From contig NC_052152.1 in NCBI RefSeq assembly GCF_902713615.1, positions 52,551,810 to 52,615,809 of the forward strand: 64,000 bases of DNA, given 5' to 3'. The notes under the pieces are model-generated. The model was given only the letters and a program-made list of their open reading frames with translations. It ran no database searches and was not told the origin of the DNA. Both the position numbers and the translations under genes were made by a program. Shown piece after piece: positions 13,610-25,932 of this stretch. Source of the DNA: Scyliorhinus canicula. Taxonomy: Eukaryota. Every line of letters starts with the position of its first letter. Position 1 is the first letter of the stretch.

Positions 13610-13710
13610 TTAGATCAGCAGTAGGATTGCAATGTAAAGAAAGAATATCTTCCAGGTTTGCATGTGCATCCAGGGTGCCTGTGAACAAGGACTGGTCCTT
13701 GTCTTGTAAT
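13610..13710 (-). CDS. Putative terminal coding exon of the IGSF3-like gene encoding a GPI-anchor-like C-terminus (DYKTRTSPCSQAPWMHMQTWKIFFLYIAILLLI*)
   Basis: Acceptor tttctattgcag|AT. The phase-1 frame continues from exon 3 and ends in 12 hydrophobic residues followed directly by TAA. About 500 nt of non-repetitive sequence and an AATAAA follow. Not in the supplied ORF track in this frame. Confidence 0.65.
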
Positions 13711-14099
13711 CTGCAATAGAAATGTATTCCTGTGAGAACCAGTTGTGTTAAAAATACCATTTGAGAACTGAAGAGTATAAATTGACAAATATTTGAATAA
13801 AGTATCAGCAAAATGATTGGTTGCTGAACACCTCCGGGTGCTCCGGTTTCCTCCCACAAGTCCCGAAAGACGTGCTTGTTAGGTAATTTGGACATTCTGA
13901 ATTCTCCCTCTATGTACCCGAACAGGTGCCAGAGTGTGACGACTAGGGGCTTTTCACAGTAACTTAATTGCAGTGTTAATGTAAGCCTACTTGTGACAAT
14001 AAAGATTATTATTACAGGACACAAGACAGAGGAAGAATTAATGGCAATCGGAGGACAAAGAACAGTGCTCAGTGAAAACAATGCTTAAGAACAAGTGAC

Positions 14100-14970
14100 A
14101 AGTGGCTCAGTGGGGGAAGGGAAAGGGTATTTTTCATTGGGACAATAAATATTTGGATAATAAAAAGTGGTCAAGATTGAGGAGAAAGGTTAGTCTAAAG
14201 TTGTTGAACTCAATGTAGACTCCCAAGGGCTGTAACGTACCTACTCAGAACATGAGGTGCTGCTCCTCCAGTTTGAGCTTTACTGGTAAACTGCAAAAGG
14301 CCAAAAACTGACATGTGGGTGTGAGAGCAAGATGCTGATTTGAAGTGGTAAGCAACAGGAAAGTTGGAGTCATGCTTGCGTACTGAGCGAATGTATTTCG
14401 CTTAATGGTCACTCAATCTGTACTTAGTCTCCTCGAGGTGACCAAGTTGAAGGAGGTGCAAGTGAAATGTTGCTTCAAGCTAAATGAGTGTTTGGGGCCT
14501 TAAATCATGAGGAGGAAGGATGTAAAGAAAAAGGTATTTCACATTCAGCGATTGCAAGAGAAGGTGCCGTGGGGAGGGGATGAGGAGTTAGTAGTGATGG
14601 AGGAGCGTATCAGGGTTTCACAGAGGGAGCGGTTCCTGCAGAATGCTGACAGTGGAGGAAAGAGTTGGTGAAAATGGCAGTGGATGATCCTCTGAATGCG
14701 GAGGCTTATGGGGTGAAAAGTCAGTATGAGGGAAATTCTGTCATGGTTTTGAGAGGGGGGGAAGGGGTGAAGGCCGAGGTGTGGGAGATGGGTCAAACAC
14801 AGTTGAGTTCCCTTCAACCACACCTCAGTTAAGGAAAAAAGCAGGCATGTCAGAAGTGCCATTTATTGGAACAGATACGGTGGAGGTGGAGAAACGGGTA
14901 GATTGGGATGGAGTTTGAAAGGAAGTGGGGTGTGAGGAGCTGCAGATCAGGTAGCTGTGAGAATTGGTGT
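14100..14970 (-). mobile_element. Degenerate Penelope-like element fragment (RT C-terminus/GIY-YIG region)
   Basis: DRISLILTFHPISLRIQRII..HF...PLSAFCRNRSL...HGTFSCNR resembles Penelope-like linker motifs. Confidence 0.65.
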
Positions 14971-15006
14971 CAGGGTAGATAATCCAATACATTTCTCCCT
15001 CACCTT

Positions 15007-15690
15007 TGTAGTATTATCATAAATGTAAGAACTGCAGGGGTTAATTAAATGTTTAGAATGTGGGCAGCACGGTAGCACAGTTGTTAGCACTGTGGCTTCA
15101 CAGCGCCAGGGTCCCAGGTTCGATTCCCCGCTGGGTCACTGTCTGTGCGGAGTCTGCACTTTCTCCCCATGTCTGCGTGGGTTTCCTCCGGATGCTCCGG
15201 TTTCCTCCCACTAGCCTAGAAAGACGTGCTGTTAGGTAATTTGGACATTCTGAATTCTCCCTCCGTGTATCCGAACAGGTGCCGGAATGTGGCGACTAGG
15301 GGCTTTTCACAGGTACCTCATTGCAATGTGAACCTACTTGTGACAATAAAATTGATTTAAAAATTAAGAATAACTACTAGAGGGAGCTACAGTTAGAAGT
15401 ATATAAGGCATTGATGCTAAGCCTTGTGAGGAGAGAGTTAATTAGAGACAGACTGAAGTAAAGATAGTGTGAGTAAGAGCAGATCATAGTTTCTAACAGC
15501 ATAGAGATTAGTTGTAGGTGAGTGTAGTTTATATGTTAATAATCAACTATGTATTATTTAGGAGTACGTTTCGAATCCAAATTCCGAGTGTTAATAAATT
15601 TATAGCTTTGCTCAAGTTCGAGCTATTTTGTGGTCTTTGTGAACACTAAGCCAGCCATCCTGAATTTAGCCACACAAAGAATACCACAAC
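15007..15690 (+). mobile_element. Solo-LTR-like element (same family as 4657-5062) containing a SINE at 15062-15350
   Basis: Shared blocks TAGTATTATCATAAATGTAA and CTATTTTGTGGTCTTT...CCATCCTGAATTTAGC. Confidence 0.65.
15062..15350 (+). mobile_element. V-SINE with an alternative (GTGACAATAA) tail
   Basis: V-SINE head and core followed by GGCGACTAGGGGCTTTTCACAG...TGTGACAATAAA. Partial copies at 10330-10475, 13832-14013 and 30900-31070. Confidence 0.85.
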
Positions 15691-16346
15691 TCTAACTCTG
15701 AAGAAGAGTCATACGGACTGAATATGTTAACTCTGTTTCTCTCTCCACAGATGCGGGCAGAATTTCTGTGTCCACTGCATTTTCTGTTTTTATTTTATAT
15801 TATATCAAAAGCAATCTTCTTGACTTTCAGTGTCGTTGCATTATCGAAGAGAGCAGTCTGTTGGATGCCAGTCTTCAAAGAATATCTTATTACTGTCTTA
15901 AAACTGAACATTAAAAAAATCTACGTTCCATTTGTGTACTAGAAGAGCTGTAGCTCGCCACAAAACTACACTAGCTGCAGCCAATTTAATTCTATCCCAA
16001 TCCCTATTTCATCTTTGGAATATTTTTGCTTGGCAGCGTTTTAAGTAGGTCAACAGATTTGCAATGTTAGCTATTAATATCTGAATGCAGCTATTGCATT
16101 TTGGCAGATAGTCATCCATCAACAGAATCGAAACAGCGTCACCAAGAAAATGCCATTGCCAAGTGTGTGGCTTAGTTATGTGACTCCCCTGTGTGTGCAT
16201 ATGTGATTTCAAAATTAAAATGGCTATATTTGTACAGAATCATTCAGGTTTCAGACGTGGCCTTGTTTAACAGAATCGCTGAAATTCTAATCAAGGGAGG
16301 TCTACAACAAGGTCTGACTGCCAGACCAAAAGCAAATCACTTGTGA

Positions 16347-16530
16347 AGATGAAATGAAATGAAATGAAAATCGCTTATTGTCACGAGTAGGCTTCAATGA
16401 AGTTACTGTGAAAAGCCCCTAGTCGCCACATTCCGGCGCCTGTCCGGGGAGGCTGGTACGGGAATCGAACCGTGCTGCTGGCCTGCTTGGTCTGCTTTAA
16501 AAGCCAGCGATTAGCCCTGTGAGCTAAACC
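16347..16530 (-). mobile_element. Short tRNA-derived SINE with a (TTTCA)n tail
   Basis: GGGGCTGGTTTAGC-type head and GTGACAATAA tail. Other copies at 33190-33363, 34555-34739, 36960-37104 and 63118-63321. Confidence 0.82.
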
Positions 16531-16579
16531 AGACAGGGTGAGACGAAAAATAAGAAGCTCATGCTAACCTGCAATGTTT

Positions 16580-16793
16580 CTTTTAATAAATTTAGAGGAC
16601 CCAATTCATTTTTCCAATTAAGGGGCAATTTAGTGTGGCCAATCCACCTACTCTGCACATCTTTTGGGTTGTGGGGGCGAAACCCATGCAAACACGGGGA
16701 GAACGTGCAAACTTCACATGGACAGTGACCCAGAGCTGGGATCAAACCTGGGACCTCGGCGCAGTGAGGCTGCACTGCACCACCGTGCTGCCC
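16580..16793 (-). mobile_element. Short V-SINE variant with an AT-rich tail
   Basis: Tail AATTGCCCCTTAATTGGAAAAA...CTAAATTT. Other copies at 29323-29549, 37275-37497, 38140-38325, 40423-40634 and 56180-56415. Confidence 0.82.
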
Positions 16794-17113
16794 AACCTGC
16801 AATGTTGTAACATTGTAAAGTGTACTGCTTTTAAAGTGTAGCACTGTTTATCCTCAATACCTATCTGAATTAAAGACTATATCAGTACAAAAACATATTA
16901 ATGTACAGTACAGTTAGCATTTTAGCACAGATGACAGAATTTAAAAATATGGCACTTTGAATGCTTTTATACAATATAGCAAGCACTATTACTAATCATA
17001 GAATATGGCATATATAGATTTTGATGACTGTAAATTTACATATTTTCAAATATTTGAACAAATAGTATTATTGGTAACACTATCACCAGAATAGGGTCTG
17101 TCCAAATACATAC

Positions 17114-17530
17114 CTTGTATTCTTGCTGGTTTTATATACACTGTTGTATTTTCAGTGAACTTATGGGCAATATTATACCAGGATTTATCTGGGTCCTGCA
17201 CCCACTCTCTAGCCTCACAATAAAACTCTCCCTGATCAAACACTTGTAGTTTGCAGATGCTGAGTTTGAAGGAAGTGACTCCAATCTTGTCCAGTCGTAC
17301 ATCTCCTGATGCCTGTCTTTGTTTATATCTTGCTCCAGAATGGAGAATGAAATCTCGTGTCAGAGAGATGACCTCGAGATTCTGATCTCCCTTCCGTAGG
17401 TACCATGCGACAGCCACGTGCGTGTGCTGGGATGTTTGCCTGGATACTTCACAACTCAGTTCCAGGGAGTCACCTTCAACTTTATCCAGGGTCTGGGGTG
17501 CCAATACTGCCCTGAGTGTGTCTGGAATGA
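17114..17530 (-). CDS. IGSF3: IGSF3-like gene, coding exon 3 (IgV domain 2, EWI-type motif present as EWV)
   Basis: Acceptor ttattttag|TCATT and donor CAAG|GTATGT; 417 nt, phase 1-1. Translation VIPDTLRAVLAPQTLDKVEGDSLELSCEV...VAWY...ISLTRDF...DQGEFYCEAREWVQDPDKSWY resembles IGSF3 domain 2. Confidence 0.93.
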
Positions 17531-18180
17531 CTAAAATAAATAAGAACAGTGATATTTTTCAGTCAAATGCGACGTTGAATTATTGAAAAGAACAAACTGC
17601 CAGTTAATGATTTCTATTTGTTTTTAATCAATTAATTAATTAATATAAATAAATATTTGAGCAATGCAAAGTTTCCATATGATAAAATTAAATATTCCTG
17701 TAATTTGACTGAGAACAACAACGACAAACTATATTTATCATGTGTCCTTTACATTGAAACGTGTCCCAATGCACTTGACATAAACATTCGCAAACAGAAA
17801 TCATCACAGAAGCAAACATATTGGAAGAGGTGACCATAAATGCACAGACAAAAAAACTGGACTTGAAGGTGGGACAGGGGCTAGGATTGTTGTAGTGGCA
17901 GGGCCAAGTGGTTTAGGGAGGAAAGCTGCTGTGTTTAGACTCCATATAACTTAGGACTCATCTGCCAATGGTGGGATGAAGAGATTTCAAGATGCGCAAG
18001 AAGGCAAAAGTGAAGAAATGCAGACTGTTTGGAGGATTATAGAGCTGGGGAAGGTGAGTGATTGGGAGCAGTGGGACTGTAATAGGATTTGAACAGGAGA
18101 ATGCTAATTTTGAATCTGAGGCTTTATTGGCCATGGGGATAATGTAGGTGAGCGAGGGCAGGGATGATGGATGTTATACT

Positions 18181-18524
18181 TAGAACATAGAACAGTACAG
18201 CACAGAACAGGCCCCTCGGCCCTCAATGTTGTGCCGAGCCATGATCACCCCACTCAAACCCACATATCCACCCTATACCCGTAACCCAACAACCCCCCCC
18301 TTAACCTTACTTTTATTAGGACACTACGGGCAATTCAGCATGGTCAATCCACCTAACCCGCACATCTTTGGACTGTGGGAGGAAACCGGAGCACCCAGAG
18401 GAAACCCACGCACACAGGGGGAGGACGTGCAGACTCCACACAGACAGTGACCCAGCCGGGAATCGAACCTGGGACCCTGGAGCTGTGAAGCACTTATGCT
18501 AACCACCATGCTACCCTGCTGCCC
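18181..18524 (-). mobile_element. V-SINE
   Basis: Full head and core, with a (TTCTATG)n tail. Confidence 0.85.
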
Positions 18525-19577
18525 ATTCAGGAATCTTGAGTTCCCATGGCACCTTTCAGTTTGGCATCTCCACATCCTTTTAGTTTAACAGTTATGGACT
18601 TGTTCTTCTAATTGAAGGCCTAAGGTGGCATTGAGGTCGAAGGCCAGCTTGATCTAGTTAAATAGGCTTGAGAAGCCGAATTGCCTGCTACTGTCTCTTT
18701 GTTCCTCTGCTCCTAATGTTCCAACCTGTTTCATTACTAAAAGGCAAATGACAAACTTTGCATTTATTACTCTAGTGCACATAATCTGTCTTTCCATAAC
18801 AATTCCCTGTGACGTGCACTTTAGAATTAGAGAGCCTTAACCAATGCCCTGCCAAATTGAGGGACTCACCACAAAACCTCCCACAACTTCCAGACGTGAT
18901 GCCCATGCCAAAGGGCACCAAGGACATTGGAGCCCGAGTGCCAGGGACATGACAGGGCAGTGCAATAGCGGAAGTAAGCCAAAAGCACCTTAATGCAAAC
19001 TGGATGACTGTCCCTTTTAAATAGCATTAGTAGCAGAGAGCCCATGTTGAGCTGTGGGTGATAAACCAAGGCATCCACTGGACTTGCGTGTCCATATTTC
19101 AGTTAGCTAGAATGGCTGTGTGATGCCACAATCTGCCCACTGCAAGGGCTTTCCACATATTCATTCCATGTCCATGTTCGTGCCCTTCACAGTAGGGGAT
19201 AGCTTGCACACCACACTGGAAGTGGCCAGAAGCGCCATGTGCATCATTTCCTCATTTCATGGCTTCTTTAGCATTGGCAATTGTTTTGGCTCAGATGGAC
19301 TTAATGGTTATTTTAGTATCACAAAATTGAGCTGCAGCATGCCAAGAGTATCAGCTATAAAGATCAGCTCATTATAATGATGACTTAGGCTACTGACTGT
19401 ATTGATCATCGTAATCAGGCTGTACTCTATACGGTGATTTCATTTCACTCTCAGTTTGATTTGCTGTCAGTTCGACCTCCTATTGGTTTCCAGTTAATAG
19501 GTACATTATCAGAGGGGGTGATTCTCCGGCCATGTTGCTCCAGGTCAGGAGAATAGAGGGAGAGGCCCTAAATGGGG

Positions 19578-20208
19578 GGCGCGATTCTCCGATCATGGGA
19601 CAGAGTGTCTGCGCCGTCGTGAACGCCGTCCCATTTCACGACGGCGTGAAACGGGCACGGGCAGTAGCGATTCTGGCCCCCACAGGAGGCCAGCACGGCG
19701 CAGGAGCAGTTTATGCCGCTCCAGCCTCACTTTTTGGTGCGTATTGGGGGTGGCGCCGACCCGCGCATGCACAGTGACCTTACTGAATGCTCCGGCCCCG
19801 ACGCTACATGGCACGGGGGTTCAGGGGCCGACGCACAACAAAGTAGGCCCGGGGCGGGGAGAGGCCGGCCCGCCGATTGGTGGGCCCCGATCGAAGGCCA
19901 GACCCCATCGGAGACCCCCCCCGGACGGAGCCATCCCCCCCCCCACAGGCTGCCCCTGACTATTCGCGCAGAGTTCCTGCCGGCAGCAACCAGGTGTGGA
20001 CGGCGCTGGTGGGACTCTGCTTTTTCCGCGCGGCAGGAGAATCAGTGGCCCCGCTATGTACAGCAGCCCGCGACCAGCGCCGCGCCAAACCTGCCAGCGC
20101 AAATGGCGCCGATTTTCCGCACCTCAGAGAATCTCGCGTCGGTTTTGGGGCGGCGTAGCGCGGTTGTGGCGATTCTCCGACCCGGCGCGGGGCTGGGAGA
20201 ATCGCGCC
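19578..20208. mobile_element. Harbinger-type MITE nested in a related older element (~19515-20720)
   Basis: TIRs GGCGCGATTCTCC / GGAGAATCGCGCC. Confidence 0.75.
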
Positions 20209-20984
20209 AGGGGTTCATGCCGGGTACCAAACAGAACATGATGCTCCTGGCCTGCTGCAGGTGGCATAACCAGGTTCACGCCTAGCGAGGGCGTGAGCAC
20301 TTGATCGGCATATTTAAATATCAATTTAAATATGCTGGGATGGTTTGAAGCTGGATTCTCCCGGCTCCTGGTATTCTACCCGCCGCTGGCACAGTGTGAA
20401 GCCAGTAGGAATTGCCACTTGTCTCCAGCACTGGAGACCAGACTTGATGCCCATGCCAGGGGGCACCGTGGACATTGGAGCCCGGGTGGTCAGGGACATG
20501 GCAGGGCAGTGCATCCTGGCAGTGCCAAACTGGTACTGTCAGGGTGAAGTGACAGGCTGGCACTGCCAAAGGGTGGGCCTGAAAGGGGCGGGGTCTGAAG
20601 GGGGTATGAAGTGGGAAGTTGAGGTAGAGCATTTAGTGACCCCCCATAGCGGAGTGTCACTCACCTTGGGCGGGGGGGGGGGGTTCAATGTCATTGGAGA
20701 TGGGGGGGTAGGGCACTGGTACCGGTGAGGTCATAACTGTCCCTACATGTATTGATCAATGGCTATGTACAGTGGTGCTATTATATACAAATATATTAAT
20801 TGGTACAACTATATACAATTATACATCGATATACGCGCATATCACCACAGGGGCGGACGGTCGGAGGGCGGGCCATCCATAGGGATTACCTGCCATCCAG
20901 ATGGGTTTTGGGCTTCTGGAACGAACAGTTCCCTCAATCGTGGAGATGCAGTCGCAAAGCCAGGGACTGCATGAGGAGTTATCA

Positions 20985-21866
20985 TAAGAACATAAGAACT
21001 AGGAGCAATGAGATCATGGCTGATCTTTTGTGAATTCAACTCCACTTTCCCGCCCAAACACCATAACGCTTTATTCCTTTATTCTTCAAAAAACTATCTA
21101 TCTTTATCTTGAAAACATTTAATGAAGGAGCCTCTACTGCTTCACTGGGCAAGGAATTCCATAGATTCACAACCCTTTGGGTGAAGAAGTTCCTCCTAAA
21201 CTCAGCCCTAAATCTACTTCCCCTTAATTTGAGGCTATGCCCCCTAGTTCTGCTTTGACCCACCAGTGGAAACAACCTGCCCGCATCTATCCTATCTTTT
21301 CCCTTCATATTTTTATATGTTTCTATAAGATTCCCCCACAGCCTTCTAAATTCCAACGAGTACAGTCCCAGTCTACTCAACCTCTCCTCGTAATCCAACC
21401 CCCTCAACTCTGGGATTAATCTAGTGAATCTCCTCTGCACACCCTCTAGCGCCAGTACGTCCTTTTTCAGGTAAGGAGACCAAAACTGAACACAGTATTC
21501 CAGGTGTGGCCTCACTAACACCTTATACAGTTGCAGCATAACCTCCCTAGTCTTAAACTCCATCCCTCTAGCAATGAAGAACAAAACTCCATTCGCCTTC
21601 TTAATCACCTGTAAACCTACTTTTTGCAACTCATGCACTAGCACATCCAGGTCTCTCTGCACAGCAGCATGTTTTAATATTTTATCATTTAAATAATAAT
21701 CCCGTTTTCTGTTATTCCTACCAAAATGGATAATCTCACATTTGTTAACATTGTATTCCATCTGCCAGACCCTAGCCCATTCACTTAACCTATCCAAATC
21801 CCTCTGCAGACTTCCAGTATCCTCTGCACTTTTCGCTTTACCACTCATCTTAGTGTTGTCTGCAAA
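20985..21866 (-). mobile_element. 5'-truncated CR1-type LINE 3' end with an open RT C-terminus
   Basis: FADNTK...LQRDLDRL..W...RPHLEYCVQFWSP...RGHSLKL motifs and a (TTCTTATG)n tail. Confidence 0.9.
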
Positions 21867-24800
21867 TTGGCGAGCATCCAGCACCTGCAGGCACAGATGG
21901 AGGAGTCCAACCACGTGCAGGAGCAGGGTTGGTGCCAGCCATGTGTGCCACCCAGACCAACACCACATGGGTGGCATTCGTGGTGGAGGCCATGGGGGCA
22001 AGGGTTTCAGCAATGGTTCAGCATGTCCAAGGCCTGGGGCAATCTGTTCAGGCAGTAGCTGAGGCCCAGGACAGGGCTGCCCTCTCACAGGCATGGCCCA
22101 GTCAAAACGAGCCATGGCTGAGAAGGTCTGTGGCATTCCCTAGGAGCTTGCCGACGTGGCACAGGCAGAGAGGAAGATGGCAGTCACTGGCTGATGTGCA
22201 CAGACCCAGAAGGTGGTGGCACAGTCACAACATGATGTGGCGCAATCCTAGACGGAAGTGATCCACTCACTGTGCTCCATGGCTGTGAGCATGCAGGCCC
22301 TGGTCGAGACGGCAGTGGTCCTCCAGGACTGGCAGCACCAGGTGGCGGGAGAGCCTCAGCGATAGCTGCGTTCGCACCCCCATCCCATGGAGTAGCCCAG
22401 GGGCCATCTGCACTCCAAGGGGGGGGAGGCGGAGGTGATGGGGCCCATGCTGATGACTCCCACAGGGAAGATGCCGGGACACCGCAGCACCTCAGATTCC
22501 TACCTTCCTGGTCCTGGCACATCTGATGGGTAGTGGGCAGAACAGAGTGGCACCACGCCACCCGGGACACCCGAGCAGCAGCCAGGTCCATCCAGGCCCG
22601 GTCACCCCAGAAGACTTCTGCCAAAGGGGACCCAGGGCGCAGGGCAGGCTGCCTCCATTCCTGATGTACCATCTGGGGGATCCACCTTAAGACCAGAAAG
22701 GTAGATACCAGCTAGGTTGGCACGGGAGCAGGGCACAGTTTAGTGATGGGGGCTGGGACATGTATCTGTAAATATGATGTCACATCAAACACCTGTACAA
22801 TGTTACAACCTGCCTCAGTGCTCTCTATCTGTTGGGTGTGAGGGGTGGGCTGTTGTGGAATGGTGCAGCAGGTGGGGGGGAGGGAGGGGGGGAAATGGGT
22901 GGATATTGTGGGTGGGCTTGGCTCAGTGACCGCAGTTCAGCCAGCGCTCACCATTCCGGTAACCCACCCCCCCAGTCCTGGTCCCCACATTTGCCAACAC
23001 AGGGAATCGATGGGACCGTGTGATGGAATGGCCAGCTCGCATGCAGGGATCACCCAGGTGGACAGTGGAAAGTGCTTCTGTGGGCATGAGAGGCGGTGGC
23101 ATAGTGGTATTGTCATTGGACTAGTAATCCAGAGACCCAGGATAATGCTCTGGGGACCCGGGTTCGAATCCCACCACGGCAGGTGATGCAATTTAAATTC
23201 AATAAAGTATCTAGAATTAAAAGTCTAATGATGAAACGATTGTCGTAAAAACCCAACTGGTTCACTAATGTCCTTCCGTTTAGGGAAGGAAATCTGCCAT
23301 CTTTGCCTGATCTGGCCGACACATGACTCCAGATTCACAGCAGTGTGGTTGACTCTTAACTGCCCTCTTGTGGTAAACCACTGTTGCACCTATATTAGGT
23401 GATGTATGGTAGGACCTGTACTACAGGTACGATGGTAGGCTCTGCCTGCTGGCTCCGACCAGTAGGCGGAGTATAAATATGTGTCCTCCATGCTGCAGCC
23501 ATTTTGCCAGCTGCTGTGGGAGGCCCCACATCTTAGAGCAATAAAGCCTCAGTTGTATTCAACGCTCGTCTTTGTGCAATTGATCGTGCATCCCCCCTCA
23601 AGGGAAATTAGGGATGGGCAATAATGCTGGCACAGCCTGCAACACCCACGCCCGATGAATAAATAAAAAAGATGTCAAATGATGTGGAGCATCAAAGCTC
23701 ATCCCAGAGCAGGTTGTCATCATTCTCTATCCCATGGACCAGTCCCGCCCCACTGTTACTGCCAACCCAGGGCCCGCGCACCCCCCCCCCCCCCCCCCCA
23801 CAATACGGCAGCCATGTATCACCAATGGGATTTCAGGAGGAGGGGGGCAGGTGGTCGGCATCCCACCCTCCCCCTGAATGGGTGAACCTGAAGGCGCACA
23901 TTTTGTGCGGCCTCCCATGCCTGCCTGGGCCCCATGTCCAGTCCATCCTCATCCTCCCCCGCATCCTGCTCGTTGGACAAGGCCTGGCATCATCTTCGTC
24001 CTCCAGCACATCGCCCCCCCACCCTGTTGCACGATGTTGTGGAGGACACAGCAGGCAGCCACGGTGCAGGCGACCCTCTCAGCATCATATTGGAGGGCTC
24101 CTTCAGAGTGGTACCTGAACCGCATCTTTAGGATGCCGAAGCACCTCTCGAGCACGCTCCTGGTCGCTACGGGGCTGCTGTAGCAGGTCTCTGCATTGGT
24201 CTGTGGCCTCCAGCTAGGTGTCGTTAGCCATGACTGCAGTGAATAACCCCTAAAGCCCAGGAGCCAACACCCCAGCCGGGGGTACGCCTCGAAGAGGCCG
24301 GGAATCGTCTTATGTGCCTGGATAAAGACATTGTGCACAGTGCCTGGGTATCGGGTGCAAATGTGCATAATGCGCATCTCATGGTCACACAACAACTGCG
24401 CGTTCATCGAGTGGAACATCTTTCAGTTTGTGTAGAGCGGCCTGTCGTCTGCAGCTGCCTGTAGGGAGACCATCCCGTCAATCACCCGCTGGATGCAGGG
24501 CATCTCGGTGATGGCGGCTAACCCCGCCGCCCGGACATCCTTGTGGGCTCAGTCCACATTAAAATGGATGTAATGTGCCGACTGGGCATAGAGTGCCTCC
24601 ATGACGGTGTGGATGAACCTGTGCACCAATCTCTGTGAGATCCTGGACAGGTCCCCACGTTGCGTATATTTCAGGGCGACCATCACCTTGATGGCCACCG
24701 GGAGTAGGTCTCCTCCCCCATACTCCCGCGATGCCAGGTGCTCAGCCGGAGCCTTCGCCTGTCTGGTTCACAGGCCCTCCAAAAACATCCGCTGCTGGTA

Positions 24801-25532
24801 CACGTGAGGCCTCATGTGGCACCTCCTTTCCACCTCCTCCCCCTCGGCCTGTTGGGTGGCCGGCTCTACATCCTCTGCGGCTGCCACCTGTTCCTCTGGG
24901 CAGGCTCTGCTGCTGCAGCATGTTCCTCCTCGAGCACCTCCAGCTCATAAAGCCACGTTGTAAATCCCAGGGCTGCGGTGACGAGGAGGAAGGCAACCAT
25001 TGCTGGTTGAATTCCAATATCAATTGTCTGCAGGGGGTGAAAGGCCGACATGTTAGCATGGTGCGTGCCCCCATGCCCAAACAGATCCATGGGACTACAT
25101 GGTGCCCTGGTTGGCACTGCGGGCTCTGCCCCCGCATGCCCCCCAACTCTGACATCGCTGGTGTCCGGCACCATTGGGTTTCTGATCGCGGTGCCCATCC
25201 CTACTGCCGGGGTACTGTCGCCTGGTGGGGTGGCACGTTCCACAGCCCCCGCCTGGCGCCCAGTGTAGGGGCTACTATGGTTGTTGTCCTGCGGCGGGCC
25301 ACATGGTGCCCATTGGTGGTAGCGGTCACTTGGGGGGAGGCGGTATGGCTGGGGGCGGGGTGGAGGGTGGGGGCTGGGGTAGTGGGGCACCCATCCGGCT
25401 GGTGTCACTCTGCAGAACCAGGCGCCAAGGTGGGTGCTCAGTGGGGTGTGCAGCAAGATGGCTGCCATTTGGCCACAGCAATGGCTGTCCAAGCCTAGAC
25501 CCCATCTCAGTCCCCTGAGGGGGTCACGTCAG

Positions 25533-25563
<31 letters not shown>

Positions 25564-25932
25564 CCAGTCTGGCCAGTGTCAGGACTGGCAGCCCACGGTC
25601 TCGCCTTTCCACGTCCCATCTCCTCTCTCTCCCTCATCAGCCATGATGCCTGTTTCCTGATTTTTTTAAAAAAGCGCAAGTGAACCTCACTGTCTGGAAT
25701 TCCCCCCAGTAGAGGTGGAAGATTGCGAAGGCCCTGCAGAATACCAGGGCAGGCCTGTTAATGATAGACTAACAACGTTTACTGTACGTGTGGTGTGGAA
25801 CGCATAGACTCAAGGCACCGGAGAATTGCGATTTAGCCTGAAACCGGGGCCCGTTACGATTTAGATGTCTGAACGGATTGTTTGCCCAATTGCGTTCCCA
25901 AATTCCGGCGTCAGACGATGGAGAATCCCACC
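21867..25932. mobile_element. Degenerate PIF/Harbinger element: Myb-like gene 3' part (+) convergent with a HARBI1-like nuclease (-)
   Basis: FHSMNAQLLCDH...YPGTVHN...GYSLQSWLTTP...RSVLERCFGILKMRFR...ACCVLHN nuclease motifs; terminal GGAGAATCCCACC. Confidence 0.82.
23369..23592 (+). mobile_element. Solo LTR related to the Gypsy B LTR, inserted in a tRNA-derived SINE
   Basis: TGTGGTA start; shares CCTGTACTACAGG, GAGTATAAAT, AATAAAGCCT and the ATTGAT.GTGCATC end with 60474-60714. Confidence 0.8.

Noticed and set aside
13530-14081. 183-aa minus-strand ORF overlapping the putative terminal exon
   Set aside because: It starts in SINE-derived sequence and uses a different frame from the phase-1 exon. 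No recognisable domain.
21036-22136. 366-aa ORF that looks like a novel RT fusion protein
   Set aside because: Accidental read-through from the antisense strand of a Harbinger fragment into a 5'-truncated CR1 RT. The junction is at ~21866 and the N-terminal RT motifs are missing.
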